This document shows positions 20,254 to 29,097 of a stretch of DNA of 64,000 bases, in pieces. The translations under genes were made by a program, and so were the position numbers. The notes under the pieces were generated by a model. That model searched no databases. It saw only the letters and a program-made list of their open reading frames with translations, and was not told the origin of the DNA. Location of the stretch: the NCBI RefSeq assembly GCF_003018255.1, contig NZ_CP027440.1; one strand, 5' to 3'. Within the stretch, counting starts at the first letter, position 1. Each line of letters begins with the position of its first letter. Origin of the DNA: Escherichia coli (GTDB taxonomy: Bacteria; Pseudomonadota; Gammaproteobacteria; Enterobacterales; Enterobacteriaceae).

Positions 20254-21012
20254 TTAAGTTAAACTTCGGCGGTCAGAAACGATGGCAACCAGAGAAACCG
20301 CCTTCTGTGCCTGTTCCAGCACTTCGCTGTAGGGCGCTCTGGAATCAATCTCAAGAATTTTTGTGCCGTTATAGCCAATCGTCGACATGACGCCGATTTT
20401 GTCCTGCAGCTCGGCATAGTCATGGTCAGGCTTGCGGGAGATGGCAGTATCAATATCAATCCCCAAACGAATGATTAATTCAGGACGGTATTGCGCCATT
20501 TGTTGGTATAAACGCCGTTCGCGCTGCGCCAGAAACATGCTGATTTTCCCGGTCGCACGTTCGACGCCGATCCCCGGTCCGTCATAATAAAAGCCCGAAA
20601 TTTCAGCCTGCGGGAAGCGATCGCTGACCACCAGAACGCCACTTTGCGCCAGTCGCTGAACCTTGCGTAGATTCGCCATTCTTCGCAGCGAGAAGCAGTA
20701 CATAATCACCGCCGCCCATAGCGCTGGAGATTTGGTTTTCATGCTTTGGGTTTTCGAGGATTTGGCCGCCAGTCGCCGTTCGAGCCAGACGCCAACCAAC
20801 GGCAATCGTTTGATTTTGTCGCCGTCTTCGCCCGAGAGCAGCCCCAGATAGCGCCGCTCGGTTTGCCAGTGTTGTTGCAGCGATTTCACCAGGTCGGTGG
20901 TCAGTGTGGATTTACCGGTGCCATCACACCCGACCACCGCAATCAGCCCCGGAATGTAGTTGGGCTGCGGCGCGGTTGTACTATTAACAGTTTGTGTTTG
21001 TAGTGCGTCCAT
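20254..21012 (-). CDS. yghR: P-loop kinase, thymidylate/deoxynucleoside-kinase-like, 252 aa
   Basis: Walker A GCDGTGKST and downstream SDRFPQ motif; length matches K-12 YghR. Confidence 0.85.
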   Translation of the reverse strand: MDALQTQTVNSTTAPQPNYIPGLIAVVGCDGTGKSTLTTDLVKSLQQHWQTERRYLGLLSGEDGDKIKRLPLVGVWLERRLAAKSSKTQSMKTKSPALWAAVIMYCFSLRRMANLRKVQRLAQSGVLVVSDRFPQAEISGFYYDGPGIGVERATGKISMFLAQRERRLYQQMAQYRPELIIRLGIDIDTAISRKPDHDYAELQDKIGVMSTIGYNGTKILEIDSRAPYSEVLEQAQKAVSLVAIVSDRRSLT

Positions 21013-21043
21013 TCGTTAAATCATCCCCTATCCATTTTGGTGA

Positions 21044-21757
21044 TCAGGAAAGCGCGGCGTGAATTGCGCGTAGTGACGCTTGCAGAATTTCATCGGCGGG
21101 TTGCCGACCATCCAGTTCAAGGATCTTTGCACCATTAAATGTCAGTTGCGGCGTAACGGCGATTTTTTCCTGTAACGCCGCCAGTTGGTGGTCAGGTTTA
21201 CGCGCAAACGCGGTTTGTTCATCAATGCCAAGACGAATCAACAATACGGGCAAATAAGACGCCATCCATTGGTACAGCTTCAGCTCGCGCTGCCTTAACA
21301 TTTTTATCCAACCGTTACCGCCCGTGGTTTTTGCCAATTGCGGGCCATCAAAGCGAAAACCCGGCACTTCAACCTGCGGGTAGCGGTCGGTGATGAGCAG
21401 ATAGCCTTGCTGGCTTTTACACAACATTTTGCGAAACTTGTACGCCCGCCAGCAGGAAAGCAGATAGATAACCAGCGCAGTAATATTGCCAGGTGGTGTG
21501 GAGGGCTTTTCGTGCACATGTGCCGCTTTACTTCGCAGATAACGCCCAAAAGGTGCGCCAATAACAGGGAGCTGTGAAATCCATTCGCCAATTCGCCCGG
21601 ACGATTGCCCGAGATAAATGTGTTCTGTTGGCATTGTTGCTGCCAGTTCATTTACCAGGCTTGCCGTGAGGGTCGATTTACCTGAACCATCACATCCTAC
21701 AATGGCAATAACACGCACTGGCGTGGAATTAATTATTGACATATTACGTTGATTCAC
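21044..21757 (-). CDS. yghS: P-loop kinase paralog, 237 aa
   Basis: Walker A GCDGSGKST and TDRYPQ motif; paralog of yghR; length matches K-12. Confidence 0.85.
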   Translation of the reverse strand: MNQRNMSIINSTPVRVIAIVGCDGSGKSTLTASLVNELAATMPTEHIYLGQSSGRIGEWISQLPVIGAPFGRYLRSKAAHVHEKPSTPPGNITALVIYLLSCWRAYKFRKMLCKSQQGYLLITDRYPQVEVPGFRFDGPQLAKTTGGNGWIKMLRQRELKLYQWMASYLPVLLIRLGIDEQTAFARKPDHQLAALQEKIAVTPQLTFNGAKILELDGRQPADEILQASLRAIHAALS

Positions 21758-21931
21758 GAAAAACCCGGCAGCAAATAATGTATTGAATATTACGTGGTCC
21801 GTGCTCAGAATATCCGTTCAACCTTATTGTGACAATGGTTAATTGTGACATTGACCTGAATTACGCTTTCATCAAAAACATATTAACCAAATAAATATTT
21901 TGGATGGATATTTAAATTTAAGGATATATTC

Positions 21932-22624
21932 ATGCAGTCAATAATACCTCCATTAATTGCCGTTATTGGTAGCGATGGTTCAGGCAAGTCAACGGTGTGT
22001 GAACATCTTATTACCGTTGTCGAAAAATATGGTGCTGCCGAAAGAGTTCATTTAGGAAAACAGGCCGGAAATGTCGGTCGTGCAGTGACAAAATTACCGT
22101 TGATGGGAAAGTCTCTGCACAAGACTATTGAAAAAAATGAAGTGAAAACGGCAAAAAAATTGCCGGGTCCGGTTCCGGCCCTGGTGATCACCGCTTTCGT
22201 CGCCCGCCGACTGTTACGCTTTCGTCATATGCTCGCCTGTCGTCGTCGCGGGCTGATTGTCTTAACCGATCGTTATCCTCAGGACCAAATTCCTGGCGCT
22301 TACGATGGTACGGTGTTCCCACCTAACGTTGAAGGCGGCCGGTTTGTCTCATGGCTGGCAAGCCAGGAACGTAAAGCATTTCACTGGATGGCGAGCCATA
22401 AGCCTGATCTGGTCATCAAACTCAATGTTGACCTTGAAGTTGCCTGCGCGCGTAAACCCGACCATAAACGGGAATCGCTGGCGAGGAAGATTGCCATAAC
22501 GCCACAGTTAACCTTTGGCGGTGCACAACTGGTTGATATCGATGCTAATCAGCCACTGGAAAAGGTGCTGGTTGATGCAGAAAAAGCGATTACGGATTTT
22601 ATGACCGCGCGTGGTTATCACTAG
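21932..22624 (+). CDS. yghT: P-loop kinase paralog, 230 aa
   Basis: Walker [10 protein letters not shown] and TDRYPQ motif; divergent from yghS; length matches K-12. Confidence 0.85.
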   Translation: MQSIIPPLIAVIGSDGSGKSTVCEHLITVVEKYGAAERVHLGKQAGNVGRAVTKLPLMGKSLHKTIEKNEVKTAKKLPGPVPALVITAFVARRLLRFRHMLACRRRGLIVLTDRYPQDQIPGAYDGTVFPPNVEGGRFVSWLASQERKAFHWMASHKPDLVIKLNVDLEVACARKPDHKRESLARKIAITPQLTFGGAQLVDIDANQPLEKVLVDAEKAITDFMTARGYH

Positions 22625-22636
22625 TCAAAAATGGAA

Positions 22637-22668
22637 ATGCCCGATCGCCAGGACCGGGCATTTTCAGG
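22637..22668. terminator. Bidirectional hairpin terminator between yghT and pitB
   Basis: Stem atgcccg...cgggcat with T-runs on both strands. Confidence 0.5.
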
Positions 22669-22672
22669 AAGG

Positions 22673-24172
22673 TTAAATCAACTGCAATGCTATCCAGTAC
22701 AACCCACCAGAAAGAAAAATCGCCGCCGGTAAAGTAAATACCCACGCCATCAGGATGCTGGTTACCGTTTTACGCTGTAACCCACCGCCGTCCACCACCA
22801 TCGTTCCTGCTACGGCAGATGAGAGTACGTGTGTTGTGGAGACGGGCATCCCAATATAACTGGCAAGGCCGATAGACACTGCCGCCGTCATTTGTGCCGC
22901 CATGCCTTGCGCATACGTCATGCCGCGCTTACCAATCTTCTCACCGATGGTCATCGCTACACGACGCCAGCCAATCATGGTGCCAATGCCGAGCGCCAGT
23001 GCTACCGCCATGATGATCCATACCGGTGCGTACTCAATGGTGCTTAACATATCGCTGCGCAGTTTTTTCAGCAGGTTCTGGTCTTCTTTACTGACGCCTG
23101 GCAGTTTCGCCAGCTTCGCGGAGGTATCAGAGATGCACAGCATAATGCGGCGCAGCTGGCTGCGCTGACTCACGCTTAACGGCTCGTAACTTTCCATATT
23201 GCCTGGCAGCATCGTTTTAACGCGCGCAATCGCATCAAAGGTATTTGCCGGATGACAGTGAAACTCCGTTACTTGCGTGCCATCAGTCGATGCCGCAGGC
23301 AATGGAGGTTCCATCGCAATCAACTTCTGCGGCAGTTCAGGATGCTGTTGCAGGTAGTGTTCGAAGTTGGTGACGGCATCGCGGGTACGGGTAATTTCAT
23401 AGCCGGACGCGTTCATATTGACGACGAAGCCAGCAGGGGCAATCCCCACCAGTACCAGCATCACCAGGCCGATCCCTTTCTGCCCGTCGTTAGCGCCGTG
23501 CGAAAACGCCACGCCCGCAGCGGAAACAATCAGCGCAATACGCGTCCAGAATGGTGGCTTACGTTTGCCTTTTTTCTTTTTGCGATCTTCCGGAATGCGG
23601 TGAATACGGTCACGCTTTTTCGTCCCGCTCCAGAAACGGCGCAGCAGGAAAATCAGACCACCCGCAATGACCAGGCCGACGATAGGGGAAACAATCAGCG
23701 AGGAGAAAATTTTGGTCACTTCACGCAGGTTTAACGCATCCATCACCGATGAGCCGGTTAACAGCGCGTTGGTTAAACCGATGCCGATAATCGCACCAAT
23801 CAAGGTGTGCGAACTGGAGGCCGGTAAACCAAAGAACCACGTTCCCAGGTTCCAGATAATCGCGGCCAGCAGCATGGAAAAGACCATCGCCAGGCCGTGA
23901 GTTGACCCCATATTCAGCAACAAATCGGTTGGTAACATATGGACAATGGCATAGGCAACGCTAAGTCCGCCTAGCAATACGCCAAAAAAGTTAAAAAATG
24001 CCGCCATCACCACGGCAAGCTGTGGCTGCATGGCTCGAGTATAAATAACGGTTGCCACCGCATTCGCCGTGTCATGAAAACCATTGATTGCTTCGTAGAA
24101 CAACACAAATGCCAGAGCAAGTAATAACAAAAGCCCTGTGTATATATCAAGGCCAACAAATAAATTTAGCAT
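22673..24172 (-). CDS. pitB: Low-affinity inorganic phosphate transporter, 499 aa
   Basis: PiT-family membrane protein; length and position match K-12 pitB. Confidence 0.9.
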   Translation of the reverse strand: MLNLFVGLDIYTGLLLLLALAFVLFYEAINGFHDTANAVATVIYTRAMQPQLAVVMAAFFNFFGVLLGGLSVAYAIVHMLPTDLLLNMGSTHGLAMVFSMLLAAIIWNLGTWFFGLPASSSHTLIGAIIGIGLTNALLTGSSVMDALNLREVTKIFSSLIVSPIVGLVIAGGLIFLLRRFWSGTKKRDRIHRIPEDRKKKKGKRKPPFWTRIALIVSAAGVAFSHGANDGQKGIGLVMLVLVGIAPAGFVVNMNASGYEITRTRDAVTNFEHYLQQHPELPQKLIAMEPPLPAASTDGTQVTEFHCHPANTFDAIARVKTMLPGNMESYEPLSVSQRSQLRRIMLCISDTSAKLAKLPGVSKEDQNLLKKLRSDMLSTIEYAPVWIIMAVALALGIGTMIGWRRVAMTIGEKIGKRGMTYAQGMAAQMTAAVSIGLASYIGMPVSTTHVLSSAVAGTMVVDGGGLQRKTVTSILMAWVFTLPAAIFLSGGLYWIALQLI

Positions 24173-24413
24173 ATATTAGATTACGCCATTTTGAATTTAC
24201 GAACGGAGGCATTATCAGTGACTTTCACGGCGTGGGCAAAGTGAAATATCATTTTTTAACGATAAAAAGCGTGTTATTTCTTGTGTATCAGACAATAAGC
24301 CTTCATTCAAAACCTTTAAAAATAATCAAAACACAGGTATTCCACTTGTTAATATATTCATATATGAAATGAATAAATATTGAAATATATAAATATTGAA
24401 TATTTTGATTAAT

Positions 24414-24448
24414 CCCCGTACTGATTATTCTTCATAATCAGTACGGGG
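24414..24448 (-). terminator. Perfect 15-bp palindrome hairpin downstream of gss
   Basis: ccccgtactgattat / ataatcagtacgggg read from sequence, 16 nt beyond the gss stop in an AT-rich spacer. Confidence 0.5.
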
Positions 24449-24463
24449 TTGCTACAACATGTA

Positions 24464-26323
24464 TTACTCTTTCACCACAATTAACGGTTCAATATCACTC
24501 TCTTTTTTGATGACCAGTGATTCATCACCGCGCAAACACGTCCCACCGTAGTTGCCGCCAACGGTGAAAGTACATACCTGAATGTATTTACCGTCCACTT
24601 TCGGCAAACACCACAGTTGCTGATAGATGTTTTTCTGCTCGGCAAATTTACCGCTGGTTTTGTCCAGCACCTCTTCATGATGGCTGACGAGGTCGATGTT
24701 ACTGCCACAGCGACCGGCGATCGGTTTAACGGCATAACCGGTTTTCACCAGCTCATCATTCACGGTGAAGTCAGTATCCAACAGATAACGATGGTGCGGG
24801 AACAGAGACCAGAGGATCGGCAGAATCGCTTTGTTACCGGGGATCACCGTCCATAGCGGCTCAAAAACCAACACTTCCGGGCGTAACAGAACGTCTATCA
24901 GACGAACTTCATTTTGTGGATGCCCGGTACGGATCGGCACTGCGGCAAATTCACGGTCGCTCACTTCGCGGATTTGATCAAATGCCGTTTCCCACGCCCA
25001 GGTTTTCCATACGCAGTTAACCAGTCGCCCTTCCCCATCAATCAGTTGCCCGGCAGCATCCCAGCCCAGTTCATCCAACCCACGCAAGATACGCGTTTCA
25101 AAGCCCGCCTGGTGCAGCGCCTGCTCCATAAACTGCGCGTGATAGTTTTCCTCGATATCTTTGTCCTGCATGATATGGACAAACGGACGTGCACGACTGT
25201 GTTTCCACGCGCCAGCCAGTTCGTTAATCAGTCCTTCCGCAGGATTGAAGCCGTTGCCTTTATAGCCCTGCTCCGCCCAACGTTCGAGGATCAAGCCCGC
25301 TTCGGTATGACAGGAGGCAGAATCGGCGTTGTATTCGTAGACTTTCAGGCCACGTTCATCCATGCAGAAATCCATACGACCAGTGATCATATGATGACGG
25401 CGACGCTGCCAGGAGAGACGCAAACGTGGCCAGAGGATTTTCGGAATGTCAAACAGCGCCAGCAGGTTGTCATCTTTCAGCACCTTGTCGGTGGCGTGAA
25501 GATACATCAGGTGCAGCTCGTTGGTGGCTTTAATCAGCTCCTGCTCGGCACTCTCGGTAATGGTGTAGTAATGATACGGATCCTGATTGATCACCTGGCC
25601 GTTGGCCTGTACATAGGCGTTTTGCAGCGGATCTTTTTCATCCAGCCATTTACCGTCAAACTGGCCTTTGTTTTCCAGACGCGCCCCGCTGATTTTCAGC
25701 AGTTCGCCTGCAATTTCCGGCTGTGGCAAGCTGTATTCGGTATCTTCCGTCTGGATCATCCAGCCCAGAATAGTGGTGTCATCGAAGGTGTCTTTCAGGG
25801 TATAGCCGCCGTTTTCGACCACCATCTCCAGCTCGCGTGTCCACTGTTGCCCTTGCGGCAACGGGGTATGAATCACGTTCTGTTCCGCAATACGGACTTT
25901 GTTGCCATGCAATTGGGTAATGATGGCGACATGGCCAGTGTCTTTAAATTCACCGCCTTTATCCCAGATAAGAAGCGCCCCCGCTACCGGTGCACGCGGC
26001 GAACCGTTAGGAAATGCCTGCAATGGCAGGATGTTGTCATTGACCACTTCACGCAGGAAGCGCAGTGAGAAAATCTCCCATGCCATACCCACGTCAGTGA
26101 AGACTACACCGTAGTTCAGAAAGAGAAAACGGCGAGCAAATTCAACGCATTGCCATTTGTGGCCCATATATTCATCGTCGATATAGCTACGGAATACGGC
26201 GTCATCTTCGTATTCCTGCGGATCGAGAGAACTGTAATCTGAAGAGTAGATTGCTACCCCACCTGGGGCGTAGCCCAATAATGTCCCGAACGGGGCATCC
26301 TGGCTGGTCGTTCCTTTGCTCAT
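24464..26323 (-). CDS. gss: Bifunctional glutathionylspermidine synthetase/amidase, 619 aa
   Basis: Protein recognised (MSKGTTSQDAPFGTLLGYAPGG...); start taken at second Met of track ORF. Confidence 0.93.
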   Translation of the reverse strand: MSKGTTSQDAPFGTLLGYAPGGVAIYSSDYSSLDPQEYEDDAVFRSYIDDEYMGHKWQCVEFARRFLFLNYGVVFTDVGMAWEIFSLRFLREVVNDNILPLQAFPNGSPRAPVAGALLIWDKGGEFKDTGHVAIITQLHGNKVRIAEQNVIHTPLPQGQQWTRELEMVVENGGYTLKDTFDDTTILGWMIQTEDTEYSLPQPEIAGELLKISGARLENKGQFDGKWLDEKDPLQNAYVQANGQVINQDPYHYYTITESAEQELIKATNELHLMYLHATDKVLKDDNLLALFDIPKILWPRLRLSWQRRRHHMITGRMDFCMDERGLKVYEYNADSASCHTEAGLILERWAEQGYKGNGFNPAEGLINELAGAWKHSRARPFVHIMQDKDIEENYHAQFMEQALHQAGFETRILRGLDELGWDAAGQLIDGEGRLVNCVWKTWAWETAFDQIREVSDREFAAVPIRTGHPQNEVRLIDVLLRPEVLVFEPLWTVIPGNKAILPILWSLFPHHRYLLDTDFTVNDELVKTGYAVKPIAGRCGSNIDLVSHHEEVLDKTSGKFAEQKNIYQQLWCLPKVDGKYIQVCTFTVGGNYGGTCLRGDESLVIKKESDIEPLIVVKE

Positions 26324-26527
26324 CACTTTACCTTTAACAATACAACCTAAGCAGTTGGCGTAATTGTTGTGCTCTGATTACCTGCTCAGCGACATTAACC
26401 GGACAGAGGTCAGACTAATCATACACCTCATCGCAGCGGCTGGCGCAAAGGGTTAAAAAATTCACATTCTGTACAGCAAGTGACCTGCTACACTGCTTCA
26501 ACACTACCACTCAGAAGGCAACTCACT

Positions 26528-27394
26528 ATGACAGACAATACTTATCAGCCCGCGAAAGTCTGGACGTGGGATAAATCCGCTGGCGGCGCGTTCGCCAGTA
26601 TCAATCGCCCGGTTTCTGGTCCGACGCATGAAAAAACGCTGCCGGTGGGCAAACATCCATTGCAACTTTATTCGCTGGGAACGCCGAACGGTCAGAAAGT
26701 AACGATTATGCTTGAGGAGCTGCTGGCACTGGGCGTTACTGGTGCAGAGTACGACGCCTGGCTGATTCGCATTGGCGATGGCGATCAATTCTCCAGCGGC
26801 TTTGTCGAAGTGAACCCAAATTCGAAGATCCCGGCATTGCGCGATCATACCCATAATCCGCCGATCCGCGTGTTTGAGTCTGGATCGATTCTGCTTTATC
26901 TGGCAGAGAAATTTGGCTACTTCTTGCCGCAGGATCTGGCGAAACGTACTGAAGCAATGAGCTGGCTGTTCTGGTTACAGGGCGCGGCACCGTTCCTCGG
27001 CGGTGGTTTTGGTCACTTTTACCATTACGCACCGGTGAAAATTGAGTACGCCATCAACCGCTTTACTATGGAAGCCAAGCGCCTTCTCGACGTGCTGGAT
27101 AAGCAACTGGCGCAGCATAAGTTTGTTGCGGGCGATGAGTACACCATTGCGGATATGGCGATTTGGCCATGGTTTGGCAATGTGGTGTTAGGCGGCGTAT
27201 ATGATGCCGCAGAGTTTCTTGATGCGGGCAGTTATAAGCATGTACAACGCTGGGCGAAAGAAGTGGGCGAACGTCCGGCAGTGAAGCGTGGGCGTATTGT
27301 TAACCGCATCAACGGACCGCTGAACGAGCAGTTGCATGAACGCCATGACGCCAGTGATTTCGAGACGAATACGGAAGATAAGCGTCAGGGGTAA
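26528..27394 (+). CDS. yghU: Glutathione S-transferase-like protein, 288 aa
   Basis: Track ORF trimmed to ATG at 26528 (MTDNTYQPAKVW...). Confidence 0.9.
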   Translation: MTDNTYQPAKVWTWDKSAGGAFASINRPVSGPTHEKTLPVGKHPLQLYSLGTPNGQKVTIMLEELLALGVTGAEYDAWLIRIGDGDQFSSGFVEVNPNSKIPALRDHTHNPPIRVFESGSILLYLAEKFGYFLPQDLAKRTEAMSWLFWLQGAAPFLGGGFGHFYHYAPVKIEYAINRFTMEAKRLLDVLDKQLAQHKFVAGDEYTIADMAIWPWFGNVVLGGVYDAAEFLDAGSYKHVQRWAKEVGERPAVKRGRIVNRINGPLNEQLHERHDASDFETNTEDKRQG

Positions 27395-27430
27395 TGGTTA
27401 GCGTTCGTCGCAGCAAGCCATCCAGACCAA

Positions 27431-27517
27431 TGTAGGCCGGATAAGGCGTTCACGCCGCATCCGGCAATCGAGCACAATGCCTGATGCGACGCTGCCGCGT
27501 CTTATCAGGCCTACAAA
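27431..27517. repeat. Two inverted REP units (BIME-like)
   Basis: Units ...taggccggataaggcgttcacgccgcatccggca... and ...gcctgatgcgacgctgccgcgtcttatcaggcctaca... between yghU and hybG. Confidence 0.8.
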
Positions 27518-27526
27518 AGCTAATCA

Positions 27527-27775
27527 TCACGCGCTGGTAATGTCGTAATCCATTTGGCGCAGTGCGTCTAATGTGGCTTTGGCTTCGTCTTCATCGATAA
27601 TGCTCATGGCAAATCCGACGTGTACCAGTACCCACTGGCCCAGCAGATCGGCAGGGTTACCTTCACAAATCAGGGCGATATTCACGTCGCGCTTGATACC
27701 ACATACTTCAACCTGCGCAAGCTGGTGAATATCTTCACCGACAGCCAGCACCTGGCCTGGAACGCCAATACACAT
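27527..27775 (-). CDS. hybG: Hydrogenase maturation factor (HypC family), 82 aa
   Basis: N-terminal MCIGVPGQV motif characteristic of HypC/HybG. Confidence 0.93.
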
Positions 27776-27787
27776 TGTTAACTCCGG

Positions 27788-28129
27788 TTATTCAACTTCA
27801 ATACTTTTGACGATTAGCGAATCGCCGGTATCGACACGCAACCGCTCGCCATGACAGATCGGACACTGCGCATCGTGCTGATGAATCTCCACCACCTGGC
27901 TGCAATCCCAACACCAGGCCTGGGCGGGTTTATAGACGATATGTAAATCGCACCCTTGCGCTACCGTTCCGTGGCAGACAATTTCAAAACTAAAACGGAC
28001 GGCGCTCTCCTCAACGCAGGAGAGTGCACCAATTTCCAGCCACACGGCGGTGACGCGCTTAACATCGTGCTGCTCCGCCTGCCGTTGGATAATTTCAACG
28101 GCGCTCTGGCAAAGCGACAACTCATGCAT
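27788..28129 (-). CDS. hybF: Hydrogenase nickel incorporation protein (HypA family), 113 aa
   Basis: Track ORF trimmed to MHELSLCQSAV...; CxxC zinc motifs. Confidence 0.92.
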   Translation of the reverse strand: MHELSLCQSAVEIIQRQAEQHDVKRVTAVWLEIGALSCVEESAVRFSFEIVCHGTVAQGCDLHIVYKPAQAWCWDCSQVVEIHQHDAQCPICHGERLRVDTGDSLIVKSIEVE

Positions 28130-28610
28130 TTTCGCCACTCCTGCGGCCAAATAGCAGGGCACGACGCCCTGCGTGTGGTACATCCGGATTGGTGACTGGC
28201 AGCGAAAGGATCATTCGGGCGCAGTCATCCGTCAGCCGTTGGCCCTCTTCAATCGACATGCTGTGCGAAAGCGGCGACATCAGCGAGCAGGAGAGGTATT
28301 GCGAAACACCATCCAGTTCACCAACAGTAAAGGTCATAGTGCCATACGGCAGTTGCAGACCAATTTTTTCACTCACTTTGCGCAGCGGCCAGAGTTGATC
28401 CGGGCCGGGGAAGATAACTGCACTCAGCATCCACGGGGTGATCACACACCCCGTCCACTGACCTTCGAACAGCGTAAAGTCAGAAACATACACCGGCATT
28501 GAAGGATGCAGAAAAGAGAGATCATGCATCGAACGCCGGGCAATTTCTTCAAAAGCTGCCTGTACTTGCACCTTCGGGGAGGTCTGGAAACCTGCTATCT
28601 CTTCAGTCAT
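28122..28610 (-). CDS. hybE: Hydrogenase-2 operon chaperone, 162 aa
   Basis: Trimmed to MTEEIAGFQTSPK...; 8-nt overlap with hybF. Confidence 0.9.
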   Translation of the reverse strand: MTEEIAGFQTSPKVQVQAAFEEIARRSMHDLSFLHPSMPVYVSDFTLFEGQWTGCVITPWMLSAVIFPGPDQLWPLRKVSEKIGLQLPYGTMTFTVGELDGVSQYLSCSLMSPLSHSMSIEEGQRLTDDCARMILSLPVTNPDVPHAGRRALLFGRRSGENA

Positions 28611-29097
28611 GAGTCGCCTCCCGTGGGATAGCTTCCACGCCTGATTCGCGCAGCGCAGCCAGAACCTGCTCAAGCGCAGGTTCAATCATCGCTTCGACCG
28701 TCGGCGTCAAACCGATGTGCGGCTCCAGTGATTCCGGGATCACGCCGACCAGGGTCAGCTTTTTCGGAAACTCGCCGGTGAAGCGCAGGGCCGACAATAC
28801 GTCGGCCAGGCCAAGCTGATGCGGAGAGATTTTGTTGGTAAACAACGCCGGAACTTCTTCATCCCGCAGGATCATCATCGTTCCCGGCGCGTTCTTTTTC
28901 GAGACAATGGCATCCGCAATAATCAGATGATCGCGATTTGCCATGTCGCCAAGCAGCTCCATTCCCGCCGTGCCGCCATCGAGGATCTCAACATAATCCG
29001 GCAGAATGTATCGTTGCTCTAACGCTTCAACAATCCGCACACCGATGGCTTCATCGGTCAGCAAAATATTGCCGACCCCTAAGACTAAAATACGCAT
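28603..29097 (-). CDS. hybD: Hydrogenase-2 maturation endopeptidase, 164 aa
   Basis: Trimmed to MRILVLGVGNILLTDEAIG...; overlaps hybC stop. Confidence 0.92.
   Translation of the reverse strand: MRILVLGVGNILLTDEAIGVRIVEALEQRYILPDYVEILDGGTAGMELLGDMANRDHLIIADAIVSKKNAPGTMMILRDEEVPALFTNKISPHQLGLADVLSALRFTGEFPKKLTLVGVIPESLEPHIGLTPTVEAMIEPALEQVLAALRESGVEAIPREATHD

Noticed and set aside
24370-24410. Short direct repeats (aaatattgaa twice) upstream of pitB
   Set aside because: Low-complexity AT-rich promoter DNA; too short and degenerate to call a repeat element.
24914-26068. 384-aa plus-strand ORF
   Set aside because: Lies entirely antisense within gss; shadow ORF of a high-GC coding region, no independent start context.
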